Positions 38,756 through 64,000 of a stretch of DNA of 64,000 nucleotides are shown one piece after another. Both the position numbers and the translations under genes were made by a program. The DNA is from Balanoglossus misakiensis (Eukaryota > Animalia > Hemichordata): NCBI GenBank assembly GCA_040954595.2, contig CM082582.2, positions 13,490,327 through 13,554,326 of the forward strand, read 5' to 3'. The notes beneath the pieces are model-generated. The model searched no databases. It was not told the DNA's origin and saw only the letters and a program-made list of their open reading frames with translations. Numbering within the stretch: position 1 is the stretch's first letter; each line of letters starts with the position of its first letter.

Positions 38756-40343
38756 TACATCAACAGTGAAGAGACGTTTATCTCAACAGAATAAAATCTG
38801 TGTTCACTCATTCTATCAACAAGCCAGTTTTACACACACTGCCTAAATTTTTTGTCAACATTGCTTCCTCGTTAACAACATCCAAACATTTCACAGTATA
38901 AATTAAGGAAAACTAGAGAGGAGAGACATTTTACCTTGAGATTAATTTGATGGAAATGACTATATACACTTTAAAATACAACATTTCTCATAACAAATGT
39001 TGACAGGAACAGTATGAAGACAAGAATCGAAGCCACACTCAAAGAAAGTGATACACTGTAGCAAGCCCATTCTTCTTGAACGAAGAATTCACAAGATATC
39101 CACCATGCAGTTTAACATTTCTTTGGCATTGTCTGAATTTTTTCCAACAATGATAACTGTTTGAGCATTGTTTTCTCTCGTCTTCTCAGAGACCCTCAAA
39201 GAATTGTTCTCACAGTTTTGCTACAAAAAAGGGCCAGACATTTTGGAGACAAACTTGCTGTAAACTACCCCTACATGAAGAGAAAAAAATAATCTTTATT
39301 AAAAACCACCAACGATGTACTCTATTGAATGGTTTCCTACGATAATGAGATTACCCTGGATAAAAAAAAAGTGATTTTATCCGGATAAATATTTTCAGAA
39401 CAACTATTTACAAGTATCAAGGTGACTCAAGTAGTATTTGATGTTAAAATCCTAGAGAGGGTGAATATTGTACCCATGTTTTGAGGAAAACGTCTTCTCA
39501 CTTACAGGAAGCTACATTCAAATTGCAACATCAGCACGCAGGAATACGTACTAAAAACATTAAAAGGAGAAAAAAAAACTTTGTCTGTTTAACTGGGAGC
39601 TTGCATAACAGTTCTCAGCATGTCTGCAGCCAGTTGCTTCACTTGACCTATAAACTCATATCATTCACAACATCGAAGCTTAAAAAGGTCTGACATTCTG
39701 AAATGGCTTACACTGACAAAGATCATATGATCACTTTTTGTACATGTACAGCGACTCCCCGAGAACATTTCCCCCATTCCTGTGACGAGGGCCATGATCT
39801 TTTATTGACGGTTCAGAGTTCACACATTTAAAGTCAATCCGGTGCCTTTTCTGCGCCTTTTTCAAGGACTATGTGAAGTCAAACCGCATCATTTCCAGGA
39901 GTGACTGATTTACATCAGATTGTATTCAGACCCTTATTACAGTTGTGACAATAACCGGCATTTCGTGATAGCACACATACCTCCATGTTCTACACATGTG
40001 TTTCTGTACTGTGGTTTATTTGAATTATGGGTTTCACCTATTGGTCGACAATATCATGTGACTAGCTAGCCCAACAGTCCAGTTTCATCCATACACAGCA
40101 AATAGCCACCAATCACAATGAAGGCTTAAATCCTCTTTCCAAAATGAAACTGTAACCTTTCAGTTTATATGCAACATTGATTTTACTTCACAAACATGGC
40201 TCCCCTCTAGTCAAGTAACCATGGCCCTTTCCTCTGATTGGTGGCCATATTATGGTACTGCACTCCCTAGGTTCACTTGTTTTCAACCACATCCCCCCTA
40301 AGTTGGCTGACTTTCACATAGTTCTTGAAATTGACACAAATTG

Positions 40344-58867
<18,524 letters not shown>

Positions 58868-59989
58868 ATCTTGGAAAAGTGCATGTAGTTGGTATGGGGA
58901 CAGAAGCCCTCAGCTGACCCTATATAATATGGCAACTAAAATCCAGGAAAAGTTGGCAGTGGTATTTATGTTATCCTTACACAATACATTTTTCATATTT
59001 GTAAACCTATAACAGGAAAAAAATCACAATGTTAACACAGTACAAGATGGAGTTACATAAATACATACGGTTACTTCCTGTTTCTACCCAGACAATAATT
59101 ATATTAGCTTTATTTCCTTTCTTTCCCTTCTATAACCTACAGCAATGTATTTACTTTAAAATACACAACAGAGATGCATTTTAATATATTTCCTGTTCAA
59201 TGTTTTCTTGACATGTGTTCAGAAAGTGAAAAAAAAAAGACAGACCATAAGAGAAATTATAACAGAAGCTTCTAATGCAACTGTTTAACACTCAACTCAT
59301 TATGTTGTTTGATAGGTGGAAATTCGAATCCATTTCCACATCAAATGGTGTGCTCATTTTAGCATGATAATGCATGCTGCACAAGCTTTCAAGGTTTGCA
59401 GTTATTTCGTTTTGTATACCACTAGCCTCTTCTTTTGTTCCCAAGTAAAAATGGACGATTATTGTTCCACAGAAATTATATAACCATGTGTTTCTATGAA
59501 CTATATAATCATAGTGAATGTACCATCACAATTTTATAAACGATATTACACACTAGATTCATGAGTTTATGTATTCTATACGTTGAAGTACTACCTTGGA
59601 TTAGATTAAATTTAAGAACAGTTATTGTTGCATTTGCAATAGACATGAGCGTCCAACTTAACTGAATACATAACCTGTTGCTGCGCCAACTTCGTCAATC
59701 ATTTTTGTTTTGGAGTCGACAAAGCGATAACTGTTTACAATATTGCTTAAAGCCTACAGTTAATTAATGATATCTTTGTTGATTCAAAGAGTTTACAAAC
59801 GCCGGAGTAAATAATAACTAACAACCCACAGGGGTAAATAAACTTGGTCGACATGTTCAGACGCCGGTAGACAACTAGATCCCATCTACAGGACATATAT
59901 TTTCGTTTGTTGTAATTACGGAAATATATGCAGAGAGATGTCTTATGTCTACTATGTATGTGTCATGGTAAGTCCCGTAATGAAACAAA

Positions 59990-60651
59990 GAATAGTTTTT
60001 TGGATCAAAATGTACCATCTCCGGGGAACGTTAATTTCCCCTTCACTTTCATTCGTGGACTCCTCTATTTTCACAATTAACATTGACGTAATTCAGAGAG
60101 TCCCGTCACGTTATAGGGGTAGTTGGTTGAGATCGCGAGCGATCGCGGTCTTGAAATTTGGTAAGCAGTTAATGCATTTGATGATCTTTCAATGCGTACA
60201 ACAGAATATGTTCTACTTTGCTCCGAATTATCAAAATCTTTAGAAAAACTATAAGGTACCCACCGTAATCAGACATGGCGCCTTTGACTTTACGCGGTAA
60301 AAAGCCTATGTACTATTGGCTTCTGATCATCATATGACCTCTTAAACGAAATAATTTGTAACACCACCTATCATTGGCTAAAACGTTTTCATCCCACTTT
60401 CAGTAATATTGCCGCACACACGAGTCTTTTCTTGATTGATGGTTAATTCTAAGAACTTTTTCAGCTCAAAATCCGGAACGTTTGCTGACAAACTTGCTCG
60501 TGAACAGCATTTCTTTCGAGCTAGTTTTACCCACAATTCCACATCCATCATGGCGGCCTCCGAAGTTTCCAAGTGATGTCTCTTTACTTCAGTGAAGTAA
60601 TTTTTTGTCCACTGTCCACGACATAAAAAGAATTTGGTGAAGCGATCAGCT
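59990..60651. promoter_or_regulatory. Putative bidirectional promoter of ANKRD11/12 and SPG7
   Basis: CpG-enriched stretch between divergent genes. It contains a - strand GT donor at ~60014 (candidate non-coding exon 1 of ANKRD11/12), TCGCGA-centred GATCGCGAGCGATCGCG at ~60131, CRE-like TGACGTAA at ~60084, ATTGG/CCAAT boxes, and a YY1-like CATGGCGGC at 60549. Confidence 0.55.

Positions 60652-64000
<3,349 letters not shown>

Overview
Intron-rich eukaryotic nuclear DNA from an AT-rich invertebrate bilaterian. A marine deuterostome such as a hemichordate is plausible, but that is an inference. By hand-splicing exons at GT-AG sites I recover ten genes, in order: GPAA1 (-), CYC1 (+, head-to-head with GPAA1), a Lys296-bearing tetraopsin (Go-opsin/peropsin-like, -), DHDH copy 1 (-), a signal-peptide-bearing tan-like C45 Ntn-hydrolase (-), DHDH copy 2 (-), two tandem C1GALT1-like galactosyltransferases (-), a compact ANKRD11/12 (-) with a 12 kb intron, and the 5' part of SPG7/paraplegin (+, head-to-head with ANKRD11/12). 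The first ~7.3 kb holds exon-like but stop-interrupted blocks, possibly a decayed gene. The best observations are a U12-type intron in GPAA1 that appears to have AT-AA ends, patchwork near-identity (probable gene conversion) between the DHDH paralogues, and two human-conserved gene pairs (GPAA1-CYC1, ANKRD11-SPG7) in one window. Also notable are the secreted tan-like enzyme near an opsin and chained uORFs upstream of SPG7. I see no prokaryotic, CRISPR or viral system, and no clearly new multi-gene system that the sequence alone supports.
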